64,000 bases of DNA, from assembly GCA_046710535.1 (NCBI GenBank), contig JBKEHH010000011.1, forward strand, positions 30,974-94,973. Reading direction: 5' to 3'. A program made the position numbers and the translations under genes. Under the pieces are notes generated by a model that did no database searches, had not been told where the DNA came from, and saw only the letters and a list, made by a program, of their open reading frames with translations. The stretch comes from Pseudomonadales bacterium (GTDB taxonomy: Bacteria; Pseudomonadota; Gammaproteobacteria; Pseudomonadales; CAWVSB01). Positions 29,624-40,172 of this stretch are shown here, piece after piece. Numbering within the stretch: the stretch's first letter is position 1; the number at the start of each line of letters is the position of its first letter.

Positions 29624-30816
29624 CAGCTCGTCTGCATAAAATTGCGAATACGAGTGGCGGCTTCAATGCATTCTTGCTTAGCGGCCACTAACGCCAGACG
29701 AATATGGTTGCTACTAGGGTTAGTGCCATTATTGTCGCGACCTAAAAAGCTACCGGGTAAAACGGTGATGTTAGTATGCGCAAAGATATCAGCCGCAAAT
29801 TGGTCGTCGGCTATTGGTGTTTGTGCCCATAGATAAAAACCGGCTTCGGGCATTTGTATAGGTAAGACTTCTGACAAGATTGGCACGACGGCGGCAAACT
29901 TCTCGCGGTATTGGCGGCGGTTGTCGATAACGTGCTGCTCGTCATTCCACGCAGTAATGCTAGCTTGTTGGCTGGCAATTGGCATAGCGCAGCCGTGGTA
30001 AGTACGATAGCGCAAAAATTGCTTTAACACTGTTGCATCACCAGCAACAAAGCCAGAGCGCAGGCCAGGAAGATTTGAACGTTTAGATAAGCTATGAAAT
30101 GCCACGCAGTTCTTATAGTTGGTATTACCCATATTTGCGGCTGCTTGCAGCAAGCCAACAGGTGGGTTTTCTTCGTCAAAATACAATTCTGAATAACATT
30201 CGTCAGAGGCAATAATAAAGTTATGCTCATCGCTCAAGCTAATCAGCTTTTGTAATGTTTCTTCACTAATTACTGTGCCAGTTGGATTACCGGGGCTGCA
30301 TAAATAAAGCAGTTGGCAGTCATCCCATGTTGACGCGGTGATGGCGTCAAAGTCTGGGTGGTAATCATTTTCTGCTAAGCAGTTTAAAAAGTATGGCGTG
30401 CCACCGGCTAAAAAAGCGGCGCCTTCATAAATTTGGTAAAACGGGTTTGGCATTAAGACTAATGGGTTTTTCTCATTGCGGTCGACCACAGCTTGCGCAA
30501 AAGCAAACAACGCTTCACGTGTGCCATTAACTGGCAGGACTTGAGTTTGCGCATCGACATGGGCCAATTTAAAGCGGCGTTCTAGCCAACTGGCAATACA
30601 TTGCCTTAGTTCTGGCAAGCCTATAGTTGTTGGGTAGTTGGCAATCAAGTTCATATTATCGTGCAGAGAGTCCAACACAAATTGAGGCGGTGCGTGCTTT
30701 GGCTCACCGATCGATAGTGCAATATGATTTAAGTCTGCGGGCGGTGTTGAGCCCTGCTTAATTTTGTTTAGGCGTTCGAAGGGGTAGGGCTGTAGTAATT
30801 GCAAATCTGGATTCAT
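29623..30816 (-). CDS. dapC: succinyldiaminopimelate transaminase
   Basis: Class I aminotransferase (NPGNPTG, SKRSNLPGLRSG with the PLP Lys). N-terminus MNPDLQLLQPYPFERL. Sits downstream of glnD as in Pseudomonas. Start placed at Met19 of the track ORF, which removes the overlap with glnD. Confidence 0.85.
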   Translation of the reverse strand: MNPDLQLLQPYPFERLNKIKQGSTPPADLNHIALSIGEPKHAPPQFVLDSLHDNMNLIANYPTTIGLPELRQCIASWLERRFKLAHVDAQTQVLPVNGTREALFAFAQAVVDRNEKNPLVLMPNPFYQIYEGAAFLAGGTPYFLNCLAENDYHPDFDAITASTWDDCQLLYLCSPGNPTGTVISEETLQKLISLSDEHNFIIASDECYSELYFDEENPPVGLLQAAANMGNTNYKNCVAFHSLSKRSNLPGLRSGFVAGDATVLKQFLRYRTYHGCAMPIASQQASITAWNDEQHVIDNRRQYREKFAAVVPILSEVLPIQMPEAGFYLWAQTPIADDQFAADIFAHTNITVLPGSFLGRDNNGTNPSSNHIRLALVAAKQECIEAATRIRNFMQTS

Positions 30817-30832
30817 GGCTATGGGTTCAAGG

Positions 30833-33514
30833 CTATTCGTTGCTGGAGTCGAGCGTTTTGGTAATGTCATTGCTTATTGCATCTAGCCTTGCTTGATCTT
30901 TAATCAAGCCGCCATTTTTATCGGTAACAAAAAACACGTCTTCTACCCGTTCGCCCAAGGTGCTGATTTTGGCGTTTTGTAAAATGGCGCCGTGACGAAT
31001 AAATATACGTGCAACTGCTGCCAATAAGCCAGCGCGGTCTGGACTGATTACTTCAATAATAGTTTGCTGTTTGCCTTCGTCAGTCGTAAAGCCAACCGTT
31101 GTCGGATACGAAAAGTGTTTTAATGTACGCGGAATATATTTATGTTCATTGCCGGTGTATTCTTCAGGATTTTCTAGAGCATCAAATAAGGTAGTTTTTA
31201 TTTCGGCTAAGCGTTTCGGTGCATTGCCTATCGGTGTGTCGTCAGCCTCTAGTACGATATAAGTGTCTAGGCAGTGCTGGCTAGAGTTTTCATACATACG
31301 TGCATCTTGAATACTTAAGTTTAACTGCTCAAATGTTGATGAGACTAAGGCAAACAAATCATCACGCACCGGCGCATAAATAAATACTTGTGTGGCACCC
31401 TCATGTTCGCGCTCTGATGTACCTTTGATTAGAATTAGTGGTTCTAGTGAATTGCCATGTTTGGAGATTGCTAAGGTTTGCCAAGCAACATCAGCTGCAG
31501 TTTCGCGCAGGAAATAGTCGTCGCGAGTATGGTTCCATAGTTCGATAACTTCGTCGGCATCGAGGCCCTCTTCTTCCAAAATTCGAATGGAAGACTCTTG
31601 CGCTTCTTGGACCCATTCCCCTTTATCAATATCTACGCCTAATCCAATACGCAGCGCACGTTTGGTTTCTAAATATAGTTGGCGCATAAGCGATGCGCGC
31701 CAGCTATTCCAGAGTTTTGGATTAGTGCCGTTAATGTCTGCAACAGTCAGTGCATACAAATAATCAAGATGAACTTTGTCACCGACCAATTTAGCGAATG
31801 CTAAGATTTCTTCTGGGTCAGATACATCTTTGCGCTGTGAGGTGCTAGACATAATTAAATGGTTTTGTACCAACCAGACAACCATGTTGGTGTCACGAAC
31901 AGAAAAGCCATGGTCTTGGCAGAAAACGCGTGCGTCCTCCATACCTTTTTCTGAATGGTCGCCGCCGCGCCCTTTAGCAATATCGTGCATCAATCCAGCA
32001 ATATATAGTACTTCTATATTTGGCAGACGCTTAACGATACTTGCGGCAATCGGGAATTTTTCGGAGTAATTGTCATAGCTAAACAGGCGCATGTTTTTTA
32101 TGACTTCGATAATGTGAGCATCGACTGTATAAATATGAAATAAGTCATGTTGCATTTTGCCAACCAGCTTACCAAATGCGGGTAGGTACTTACCCAGAAT
32201 GCCGTAGCGATTCATGCGGCGCAATTGAGTAGCGACTTTGTTACGCGAGCGAAACACGTCCATAAACAATTGACGGTTGTGCGCATCGGCTCTGAAATCG
32301 TCATCGATTAAATCTGATGCCTCGCGGATTAGTCGCACAGTTGATGCTTTAGGACCAATTATTTGTTCGTCTTGCGCCATAATTACGAAGGCTTCAAGTA
32401 TTGCAAACGGCGTTTGGGTGAACACTTTATTGTTAGCTGCTTCTAAGTAGCCATTGTTGTTTCTAAAGCGGACATTAATCTCATGGATCTCTTCTGGTTC
32501 GCAGGCACGCAACAGGTTTTCGTCAAACAGCTGCACTAATAAATCGTTTACGTCAGCTATAGCTTGAACCCAGCGATAATAGGTTTGCATTAATTGCTCA
32601 ACCGCTAGACTTTGGTCGTTGTCGCTGAAACCAAACAGTGCAGCTATGTTACGTTGGTGATCAAATAGCAGTCTGTCTTCTGCGCGTCCGGCAATAAGAT
32701 GCAATGCCCAGCGAATACTCCATAAATATTCTTCGCCTTTGCGTAGTAGTTCTTGTTCTTCTTCTGTGAGTAGGCCTTGCTCGAATAATGCTCTTTCGTT
32801 TCTTGTGTTGAAATGACGTTGCACAATCCAGTCGATCATTTGGATATCGCGTAAACCGCCGGGGCCATTTTTTACATTAGGCTCTAAGTTGTATTCGGTA
32901 TTGGCAAATCTATGGTGACGGCTGATTTGCTCTTCCCATTTGGCGCGGTAAAAGTCATTGCTTGGCCAAATATGTTCGGGGCTGGTGGCATCAATCATTT
33001 CATCGAAGACGTATTGATTGCCGTGTAATAGACGAGCTTCCATTAGGTTAGTTGCGATAGATATGTCTTCTTTGGCCTGGCTAACGCAATCTTCGACGGT
33101 GCGAACGCTGTGGCCAATATCTAAACCAACATCCCACAGCATAGTAAGGAATTTTTCCAATGAGCCTTGTACTTCACTGATATCCTCATTAGACAGCAAA
33201 ACCATTATGTCAATGTCGGAGAAGGGGTGTAACTCGCCGCGACCATAGCCACCAACGGCCACTAAACTGAGCGCGGTTGCTTTATTTAAATTAAGGCTTT
33301 GCCATGCCGCACAGAGCAGGCCATCAATAAAATTTGCACGCGCATGTACTAGGTCAACCACGGGGTGGCCTGCCTTAAACTGCTCATTCATTTTCTCGGT
33401 TACATCAATAACCGCCTGCTTACAGATTGACGCAGGATTGTTGCTGGCAGATATTTGCGTAAAAATTGAAGTATTATTAATCAGGTCTTTAACTGACGTG
33501 GCGGGCTCGTTCAT
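30833..33514 (-). CDS. glnD: [protein-PII] uridylyltransferase/uridylyl-removing enzyme
   Basis: 893 aa. Nucleotidyltransferase motif GGYGRGELHPFSDIDI, an HD domain, and two C-terminal ACT-like regions. Confidence 0.95.
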   Translation of the reverse strand: MNEPATSVKDLINNTSIFTQISASNNPASICKQAVIDVTEKMNEQFKAGHPVVDLVHARANFIDGLLCAAWQSLNLNKATALSLVAVGGYGRGELHPFSDIDIMVLLSNEDISEVQGSLEKFLTMLWDVGLDIGHSVRTVEDCVSQAKEDISIATNLMEARLLHGNQYVFDEMIDATSPEHIWPSNDFYRAKWEEQISRHHRFANTEYNLEPNVKNGPGGLRDIQMIDWIVQRHFNTRNERALFEQGLLTEEEQELLRKGEEYLWSIRWALHLIAGRAEDRLLFDHQRNIAALFGFSDNDQSLAVEQLMQTYYRWVQAIADVNDLLVQLFDENLLRACEPEEIHEINVRFRNNNGYLEAANNKVFTQTPFAILEAFVIMAQDEQIIGPKASTVRLIREASDLIDDDFRADAHNRQLFMDVFRSRNKVATQLRRMNRYGILGKYLPAFGKLVGKMQHDLFHIYTVDAHIIEVIKNMRLFSYDNYSEKFPIAASIVKRLPNIEVLYIAGLMHDIAKGRGGDHSEKGMEDARVFCQDHGFSVRDTNMVVWLVQNHLIMSSTSQRKDVSDPEEILAFAKLVGDKVHLDYLYALTVADINGTNPKLWNSWRASLMRQLYLETKRALRIGLGVDIDKGEWVQEAQESSIRILEEEGLDADEVIELWNHTRDDYFLRETAADVAWQTLAISKHGNSLEPLILIKGTSEREHEGATQVFIYAPVRDDLFALVSSTFEQLNLSIQDARMYENSSQHCLDTYIVLEADDTPIGNAPKRLAEIKTTLFDALENPEEYTGNEHKYIPRTLKHFSYPTTVGFTTDEGKQQTIIEVISPDRAGLLAAVARIFIRHGAILQNAKISTLGERVEDVFFVTDKNGGLIKDQARLDAISNDITKTLDSSNE

Positions 33515-33531
33515 AAAACTCCAAGAGTTGT

Positions 33532-34314
33532 TTAAGCAGTAAAGTAAGGCTCGTCCTTACGTGCTGTTAGTACTTCAACGCCGTTGCTAGTCACTGCTAG
33601 GGTATGTTCCCATTGCGCAGAAAGGCGACGATCGGCAGTGGTAACGGTCCAACCATCACGCTTATTGAGCTTAGTTTTCCAAGTGCCGGCATTGAGCATT
33701 GGCTCGACTGTAAACGTCATACCTTCGGTTAGCACTAGTCCTTCGCCAGCTTTGCCGTAATGCATCACTTGCGGCTCGTCGTGAAATACCTTGCCAATGC
33801 CATGACCGCAATACTCGCGCACTACCCCATAGTGCAAGCTTTCAGCATGGGTTTGAATAATATGGCCAATATCGCCCAGAGTGACGCCGGGTTGGATGAT
33901 ATCTATTGCTTTGTATAAAGATTCTTGGGCGACTTCGCAAATTCGCTGAGCATGTTTCTCTACTTCGCCGACGTAAAGCATAATGCTGGTGTCGCCGTGG
34001 TACTCGTCTTTTATCACTGTTACATCAATATTGATGATGTCGCCTTTCTTCAGTAATTTGTCATCGGATGGAATGCCGTGACACACGACTTGGTTGATAG
34101 AAGTGCAGACAGATTTAGGGAAGCCATTATAGTTAAGTGGTGCTGGGACCGCTTTTTGTACATCGACAATGTAATTGTGGCAGATACGGTCAAGCTCGCC
34201 AGTACTGATGCCAGCCACCACATGAGGCGTGATCATTTCTAGCACTTCGGCGGCCAGACGACCTGATACGCGCATTTTTTCAATTTCCGCCGGAGTTTTG
34301 ATCGTAACAGCCAT
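33532..34314 (-). CDS. map: type I methionine aminopeptidase
   Basis: 260 aa. Metal-ligand context (VCHGIP, DVTV, HGIGK, EPM) and conserved position next to glnD. Confidence 0.95.
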   Translation of the reverse strand: MAVTIKTPAEIEKMRVSGRLAAEVLEMITPHVVAGISTGELDRICHNYIVDVQKAVPAPLNYNGFPKSVCTSINQVVCHGIPSDDKLLKKGDIINIDVTVIKDEYHGDTSIMLYVGEVEKHAQRICEVAQESLYKAIDIIQPGVTLGDIGHIIQTHAESLHYGVVREYCGHGIGKVFHDEPQVMHYGKAGEGLVLTEGMTFTVEPMLNAGTWKTKLNKRDGWTVTTADRRLSAQWEHTLAVTSNGVEVLTARKDEPYFTA

Positions 34315-34429
34315 AAATTCAGTGCCTAGATAATAGTCAAAAAACTCTATTGTAAAGTATCAGGATGATCCTGCCTATGCGTAATCATTATCGAAGTCAG
34401 TTAACACAAAATCCCACAAAATTAGTAGA

Positions 34430-35293
34430 TTAGATTAAGTTTATTAATAGCTTAATGACTTGCTGTCTAGGTGTAGTTTTACGCCAGACTAAACCTATTG
34501 GCCTGCTCGGAGCAGGTTTGGTAAAAGGAATATATTCAATCCCAGTTTCCCTCGCTTGAATTGCAACTTTTGGCATAAAGGTAATACCTGTGCCTGCTTT
34601 TACCATTTGTCGAAGGGTTTCAAGCCCTGTCGCCTTGAAATCCTGCTCTTCATCAATACTATGTAGCTGGCATATTTCTAATGATTGATCGCGCAGACAG
34701 TGGCCTTCTTCAAGTAATAATAGTCGATGCTGCTTGAGCTTTGTTTGATCAATGGTTTTGTATTTAGTGAGTTCATGGCCGGTCGGTACAGCTAGGAAAA
34801 ATTCATCGTCAAATAATTGCTGGCTAATTAAATAGTCATCGTGAATAGGTAGTGCAAGTAGCGCTGCGTCGATAGTGCCGTTCTGTAACTGCTCGATCAG
34901 TTGAGTGGTTTTAGCCTCAATAAGAATGATTCTCAAATTGGGCATGGCAGTTTTTACTTGTGGCACTATTGTTGGAAAAATATAGGTAGACAGTGTCGGG
35001 ATTGCACCAAGTCGAAACTTACCTGCTAGCGGGTCGCGGGTACTGTCTGCAATTTCGTGAATCGCGTCTACTTCCCTCAAAATACGTTTTGCATAAATAA
35101 CAATTTGGTGGCCCGCTTCAGTTAGCATTACTCGTCGATTGGTGCGCTCGAATAGCATAACGCCTAAGGTTTCTTCTAGTTTTTTTATCTGGCCACTAAG
35201 TGTTGGTTGGCTAACATTACATTGCTGTGCAGCATGACCAAAATGTTCCAGCTCGGCTATCGCAAGAAAGTATTTCAAATCTTTCAGGTTCAT
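34430..35293 (-). CDS. oxyR: LysR-family hydrogen peroxide sensor/regulator OxyR
   Basis: N-terminal wHTH. Redox motif LLEEGHCLRDQSLEIC matches the OxyR Cys199/Cys208 region. Divergent from katG. Confidence 0.85.
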   Translation of the reverse strand: MNLKDLKYFLAIAELEHFGHAAQQCNVSQPTLSGQIKKLEETLGVMLFERTNRRVMLTEAGHQIVIYAKRILREVDAIHEIADSTRDPLAGKFRLGAIPTLSTYIFPTIVPQVKTAMPNLRIILIEAKTTQLIEQLQNGTIDAALLALPIHDDYLISQQLFDDEFFLAVPTGHELTKYKTIDQTKLKQHRLLLLEEGHCLRDQSLEICQLHSIDEEQDFKATGLETLRQMVKAGTGITFMPKVAIQARETGIEYIPFTKPAPSRPIGLVWRKTTPRQQVIKLLINLI

Positions 35294-35312
35294 CGTATCG
35301 TCTCAGGCAGTT

Positions 35313-35349
35313 ATTAGTTTTGCCTATCGATTGTATAGGAACAAACGAT
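35313..35349. promoter_or_regulatory. candidate OxyR binding site in the oxyR-katG intergenic region
   Basis: ATTA-N7-CTAT-N7-ATAG-N7-CGAT, compared with the OxyR consensus ATAG-N7-CTAT-N7-ATAG-N7-CTAT. The central CTAT-N7-ATAG (35324-35338) is perfect. Confidence 0.4.
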
Positions 35350-35543
35350 TTTACCAAAGACTGGCTTCTTATTAGTCTAAGCTGCACTATAGTGGGGTTT
35401 GTAGTCCTAGGTGTCACTTGATGGGGCATTATTAATCTTTGTTGCTGTGGTCGTTTTTATAAGCGCTGTAGCGAAAGCTCTAGTTATTGATCTTGCCAAT
35501 TACATAAAGGCTGTGAAAGCAGCAAAAATAAACGGAGTAAACT

Positions 35544-37793
35544 ATGAAAAAGCACAATTTATTGATAAAAACTGCAGCGTTCGGTGTTTTGGCTGCGGCC
35601 ATTGCCCAGTATTCAGTTGCCGATGAAATGTCTAAGCCGAAAGGGGCTTTAGGCATTGGTAATGTAGTTGCTGGACAGGCTAAGTCTAATCAGTTTTGGT
35701 GGCCTGATCAGTTAGATCTTTCCGCGCTGCGTGATCATGATAAGCGCTCAAGCCCTATGGGTGATGATTTCAACTATGCTGAGGAATTTAGCAAGCTAGA
35801 TTTAAAGGCTGTTAAGCAAGATATAGATCTGCTGCTAACCACTTCACAAGATTGGTGGCCAGCTGATTATGACAATTATGGGCCGTTTTTTATTCGAATG
35901 ACATGGCATAGTGCTGGTACTTATCGCACTTTAGATGGACGCGGTGGCGGTGATGGCGGCCAACAAAGATTTGAGCCACTTAACAGCTGGCCGGATAACG
36001 GTAATCTAGACAAAGCACGGCGCTTGTTGTGGCCGATAAAACAACAATACGGCCATAGTTTGTCTTGGGCAGATTTAATGATTCTGGCAGGCAATGTCGC
36101 ATTAGAAAATATGGGTTTTGAAACCTATGGTTTTGCTGGTGGACGAACTGATGATTGGGAGCCAGATTTGGTTTACTGGGGGCCAGAGCTGGAAATGCTA
36201 GCCAGTGATAGGCATGAAAAAGATGGCAAATTACAGCGTCCATTAGGCGCAACTCATATGGGGTTGATCTATGTGAACCCAGAAGGCCCTAAAGGAGTGC
36301 CGGACCCTATGGGTTCCGCCAAGAATATTCGGGTGACGTTTAATCGCATGGCGATGAATGACGAAGAAGTGGTGGCATTAATAGCCGGCGGTCATACTTT
36401 TGGCAAAATGCATGGTGCTCATAAACCAGCCGATTGTGTAGGGGCGGAACCTGCGGCCGCAGGGATTGAAGAGCAAGGTCTTGGTTGGGAAAATAAATGT
36501 GGTAAAGGTCATTCTGAAGACACTGTTACTAGTGGCCTAGAAGGTGCGTGGACGCAGGCTCCGACGCAATGGACATCGCTATACTTAACCAATTTACTTA
36601 ATTTCGATTGGCAGCAAACTCGCAGCCCAGCCGGTGCGATACAGTGGATTCCTACTGATGAATCAGTACATAGCTCGGTTCCTGATGCACATGTTAAGGG
36701 TAAGTTTCATGCGCCAGTGATGACGACTGCCGATTTGGCAATGAAGTTTGATCCAGCTTACAAGGCCATTGCCGAGCGTTTTGTGGCTAATCCTGTTGAG
36801 TATCAACAGGCTTTTGCCAAAGCGTGGTACAAGCTTACTCACCGCGATATGGGGCCTAGCGCGCTTTATTTAGGGGTAGAAGTGCCAAGCGCAGAGCTTA
36901 TTTGGCAAGACCCAGTACCTGCTGGCAAAGAGCTAAGTAGTAGATCGGTTAAACGCCTTAAGAGAGAACTATTAGCTTCAGGCTTAACTGTGTCTGAGCT
37001 GGTGAGTACAGCGTGGGCGTCAGCGTCAACTTTTCGCGTCAGCGACAAACGTGGGGGTGCTAATGGTGCTCGTATAGCACTTGCTCCACAAAATGATTGG
37101 ACGGTTAATAACCCGCAACAACTGACTAAAGTGATTGCTGCGCTGGAAGAGGTGCGGGCTGACTTTGGTAAAGACAAAGTCTCTCTTGCTGATTTAATTG
37201 TCTTAGGTGGTGCGGCGGCCATTGAGAAAGCCGCTAAAGATGCGGGTGTTAAAGTTGAGGTGCCATTTAAGTCAGGGCGTGGCGATGCATTGCAAGCACA
37301 AACTGATGTGAATTCGTTCTCATTACTTGAGCCTAAAGCCGATGCATTTCGTAATTACTTTGATGTCAGTGCGGCTTATCGTTCGCCTGCAGAAATGTTA
37401 GTTGATAAAGCTGATTTACTTGGCTTAACTGTGCCGCAAGCTACCGTTCTGGTTGGTGGTATGAGGGCGTTAAATACTAATGCCGATGGCTCTCAGCATG
37501 GCGTGTTAACCGCTAGGCCGGGTATATTAAGTAATGACTTTTTCGTCAACTTGTTAGATATGTCTACCAAATGGCAGAAGTCTGCGGCTGATGGCTTGTA
37601 TGAAGGCGTTGATCGTCAAACTGGTAAGGTGAAGTACACCGCAACCCCAGTTGATTTGATCTTTGGGTCGAATTCAGAGCTGCGTGCTGTTGCAGAGGCT
37701 TATGCCTTTGATGGTTCTAACGAGAAGTTTGTGAATGACTTTGTTCAGGCTTGGGTAAAGGTTATGCAGGCAGATCGTTTTGATTTGAAATAG
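35544..37793 (+). CDS. katG: catalase-peroxidase with N-terminal signal peptide
   Basis: 749 aa. Distal-site [11 protein letters not shown] and proximal [10 protein letters not shown] motifs. N-terminus [26 protein letters not shown] looks like a Sec signal peptide. Confidence 0.95.
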   Translation: MKKHNLLIKTAAFGVLAAAIAQYSVADEMSKPKGALGIGNVVAGQAKSNQFWWPDQLDLSALRDHDKRSSPMGDDFNYAEEFSKLDLKAVKQDIDLLLTTSQDWWPADYDNYGPFFIRMTWHSAGTYRTLDGRGGGDGGQQRFEPLNSWPDNGNLDKARRLLWPIKQQYGHSLSWADLMILAGNVALENMGFETYGFAGGRTDDWEPDLVYWGPELEMLASDRHEKDGKLQRPLGATHMGLIYVNPEGPKGVPDPMGSAKNIRVTFNRMAMNDEEVVALIAGGHTFGKMHGAHKPADCVGAEPAAAGIEEQGLGWENKCGKGHSEDTVTSGLEGAWTQAPTQWTSLYLTNLLNFDWQQTRSPAGAIQWIPTDESVHSSVPDAHVKGKFHAPVMTTADLAMKFDPAYKAIAERFVANPVEYQQAFAKAWYKLTHRDMGPSALYLGVEVPSAELIWQDPVPAGKELSSRSVKRLKRELLASGLTVSELVSTAWASASTFRVSDKRGGANGARIALAPQNDWTVNNPQQLTKVIAALEEVRADFGKDKVSLADLIVLGGAAAIEKAAKDAGVKVEVPFKSGRGDALQAQTDVNSFSLLEPKADAFRNYFDVSAAYRSPAEMLVDKADLLGLTVPQATVLVGGMRALNTNADGSQHGVLTARPGILSNDFFVNLLDMSTKWQKSAADGLYEGVDRQTGKVKYTATPVDLIFGSNSELRAVAEAYAFDGSNEKFVNDFVQAWVKVMQADRFDLK

Positions 37794-37808
37794 TTAATAG
37801 TTAATAGT

Positions 37809-37838
37809 GCCGCGATGAGCTTACCGCGGCTTTTTTTT
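37809..37838 (+). terminator. rho-independent terminator after katG
   Basis: gccgcg (37809-37814) pairs with cgcggc (37825-37830) across a 10-nt loop, followed by T8. It overlaps the 3' end of the convergent 744-aa gene. Confidence 0.7.
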
Positions 37839-40055
37839 GCCTTTTAGTTTTGCCTTAATCGTCTTTTTAAAACCTTGTTTGAATTCGTAATAGCGTACTG
37901 CAAGTCGCCAATGTTTAAGTTCACCTTGGGTTGATAGTTCGTTGTAGTAATTGATAAACCGTTCTCTATTTTGCCAGTTTAGTTTATAGCAAATGCGCAT
38001 TGCGTCGATAAGTCGTTGGCGAGTGCTCAGCTGGTCAATGACTCGGGCGCGACCAATATCAATTAAATAAGACTGAATGTTGTTGTCAGTAACCGTGATA
38101 AGAATATTTCCGGCAGATAGATCGCAGTGTAAAATACCACTGTTGTGCATACGACAAATAAATTGTGCCAGCGCCTTTAATAATTCTTCGGTGTTAGCGC
38201 CTTGGCAAGTTTCCTCATTCGCATTGCTGCTGCTAAATATCTGGCGGGCAGAAAAAGCATTTTCTATAAAAGCTGCAAGGTAATAATTGTTTTCTACGCC
38301 GCTGTTAGTGTGGCGCTCAAAATAGGCAATGGGTTCGGGGGTACTAATGCCGCGTTGCAACATTGCGGTGGCATTTTGCCAATGACGTTTGCCTTTGCTA
38401 TCTAAGAAGCGATAGCTAATTCTTTTGCCGCCTTCAGTTCGGTTTAATTTAACGGTGACGCGGCCATGACAAGTTGTATCAATATTCCATATTCGGTTGC
38501 GCTTGTCGCGCATTACCCCTTGTTCGGGTGTATCAGCTATGGCCTCAGGTAACAGTTCTGTTTGCGTAGCTGCTAGTGTGCTACTGGGTTTAATACTAAC
38601 TACGCCGCGCCAGTCAGGGGTGTAAATTGGGCTAATATTGTTATGGGGTAATGCTGCTATGGCAGTGTTCATTGCTTGCAATGGCGGCATAACATTAATG
38701 GCTGCCAGGCTTGGGCGGACTATGTCTTTAGTTGTGGCGAATAATAAAAACAGTGGACTTTCTGAGATATTTTGAGGCTGCTCAGTTAGCTCATCGCCCG
38801 TTACCGTTAAATAAGATTGAGGTCTTGGTTGTTCAGAATAAATGGCCGATAGCGGCAGTGTGTGACCATTACGAGCCCAGGTGATATGCAATTCTTGTTC
38901 CTCTGCAGTAACAAAAATATAGTGACTAATACCGTTGTCGGCACTAATACCTTGCACATATTGGCTGTTTGTCAGAAGTTGGATGATGTTTTTGAAGGCA
39001 GCAAAGCCAGGGCGTTTGCGAAAGTCCGCTAAGTTCCCCCGCACAGATTTATAGTAGCTGGTGTTATCAATACTAGGGTAGCTGGTATCGCCGCAATCAA
39101 TAATACCGTCGCGATGACAAATGAGTGGTCCCCAATAGACTCTATTTAGAGCACCGCTAGCAATGGCTAAAACCATGTAGCGAGCGAGGAAATTAGCTTG
39201 AATCTGTTCAGGGTCAGCTGATCTTCTGGCGAGTCGTTTAATCGTCCACATTTTGTAGGTAGAGAATGTTTGCTCGCACCCTTGTTGGCGACCAATTTGA
39301 TCAATAATTCGCGCTTTCTTAATTAAATTGAGCTTTAGTGTCTTTGTGAGTAATCGCCCCATTGCGCGATGGTCATAAGCTTCAGGTTCTATCACTCGTT
39401 CAACAAATAAGTTGTCGGTGTGGATGTGTGGTGCGGAGTGCAGGCGTTTCATCGCTTTTAGAAATAGGATGTTATATAGCGGCTCAAAATCAGAGACATT
39501 AGGGCCGGCTATTTTAATGTCATATTGCTGTGCTATTGGCGCAGCAATTTTCCATGCTTGCAAAAAACCAGCCGGTTCAAAGCCAGACCATTTGCCGCGA
39601 TTAGGAGTATTGCCAATTTCTAATACTGCAATACAGTCGTGGTATTTGGCTAAAGTGTTTTTCACAAAGTCATGCCAGCGTTGGCATGCCTCCGCACTTT
39701 TTTCCATTTGCTGGGCTTGCTCAAAAGAGGGCAGCAAATTAAGCATGACAGTAAAACCTTCAGTTAATACTCGCTCTAGCAGGCGTTGGCCATGTTGGTT
39801 AATAGAGTCATAACTGTAGTAAAGACGAACATGTTGAATGCCGAGATCTTGCAAACATTTGATTACATAGTCGTCAACCTGAGGGGCTTCGGAGGTGGCA
39901 ATATTGATGCCAAAAAAATTATCGTCTACAGACAGTGGTGCTTGAGTATGAGCTTGATGATTAATATTTAACCAAAAGCGGGAGCGCCCTAATTCGTAAA
40001 GCGTATCAACAATAGCGCATGGCCAAATTAACAAAGGGCTAATGGTAGGTTTCAT
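37821..40055 (-). CDS. fusion protein: N-terminal glycoside-hydrolase-like (beta/alpha)8 barrel plus C-terminal Kdo/WaaP-family kinase domain
   Basis: 744 aa. Strong SD (AGGAGGA) upstream of the ATG. N-terminus FFGINI, IQHVRLYYSY, LEIGNTPN. C-terminus TVKLNR, HCDLSAGNILI, LIDIGRA. Confidence 0.7.
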   Translation of the reverse strand: MKPTISPLLIWPCAIVDTLYELGRSRFWLNINHQAHTQAPLSVDDNFFGINIATSEAPQVDDYVIKCLQDLGIQHVRLYYSYDSINQHGQRLLERVLTEGFTVMLNLLPSFEQAQQMEKSAEACQRWHDFVKNTLAKYHDCIAVLEIGNTPNRGKWSGFEPAGFLQAWKIAAPIAQQYDIKIAGPNVSDFEPLYNILFLKAMKRLHSAPHIHTDNLFVERVIEPEAYDHRAMGRLLTKTLKLNLIKKARIIDQIGRQQGCEQTFSTYKMWTIKRLARRSADPEQIQANFLARYMVLAIASGALNRVYWGPLICHRDGIIDCGDTSYPSIDNTSYYKSVRGNLADFRKRPGFAAFKNIIQLLTNSQYVQGISADNGISHYIFVTAEEQELHITWARNGHTLPLSAIYSEQPRPQSYLTVTGDELTEQPQNISESPLFLLFATTKDIVRPSLAAINVMPPLQAMNTAIAALPHNNISPIYTPDWRGVVSIKPSSTLAATQTELLPEAIADTPEQGVMRDKRNRIWNIDTTCHGRVTVKLNRTEGGKRISYRFLDSKGKRHWQNATAMLQRGISTPEPIAYFERHTNSGVENNYYLAAFIENAFSARQIFSSSNANEETCQGANTEELLKALAQFICRMHNSGILHCDLSAGNILITVTDNNIQSYLIDIGRARVIDQLSTRQRLIDAMRICYKLNWQNRERFINYYNELSTQGELKHWRLAVRYYEFKQGFKKTIKAKLKGKKKPR

Positions 40056-40172
40056 GCATCCTCCTAGTTTTCACTGGTGTTTAGCTATTGTTGAATTAGA
40101 TATTGCTAGATTATTAATGGAGGCGGACTCTAACATAGAGCGTTGTGCTTGCGCGTTAAAAGTGGTGGTTGC

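Noticed and set aside
34374-34392. Fur-box-like sequence cctatgcgtaatcattatc upstream of map.
   Set aside because: Only the right half (aatcattatc) matches the 19-bp consensus, about 13/19 overall. There is no iron-related gene context, so it is likely chance in AT-rich DNA.
35411-35626. 71-aa ORF upstream of and overlapping the katG start.
   Set aside because: It overlaps the katG signal-peptide codons in another frame. It has no SD or recognisable motif. The region is better explained as the oxyR-katG regulatory region.
37791-37807. Tandem tagttaa repeats right after the katG stop.
   Set aside because: These are short stop-codon-rich repeats of only 2-3 units, directly preceding the terminator hairpin. 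Nothing indicates a function beyond redundant stops.
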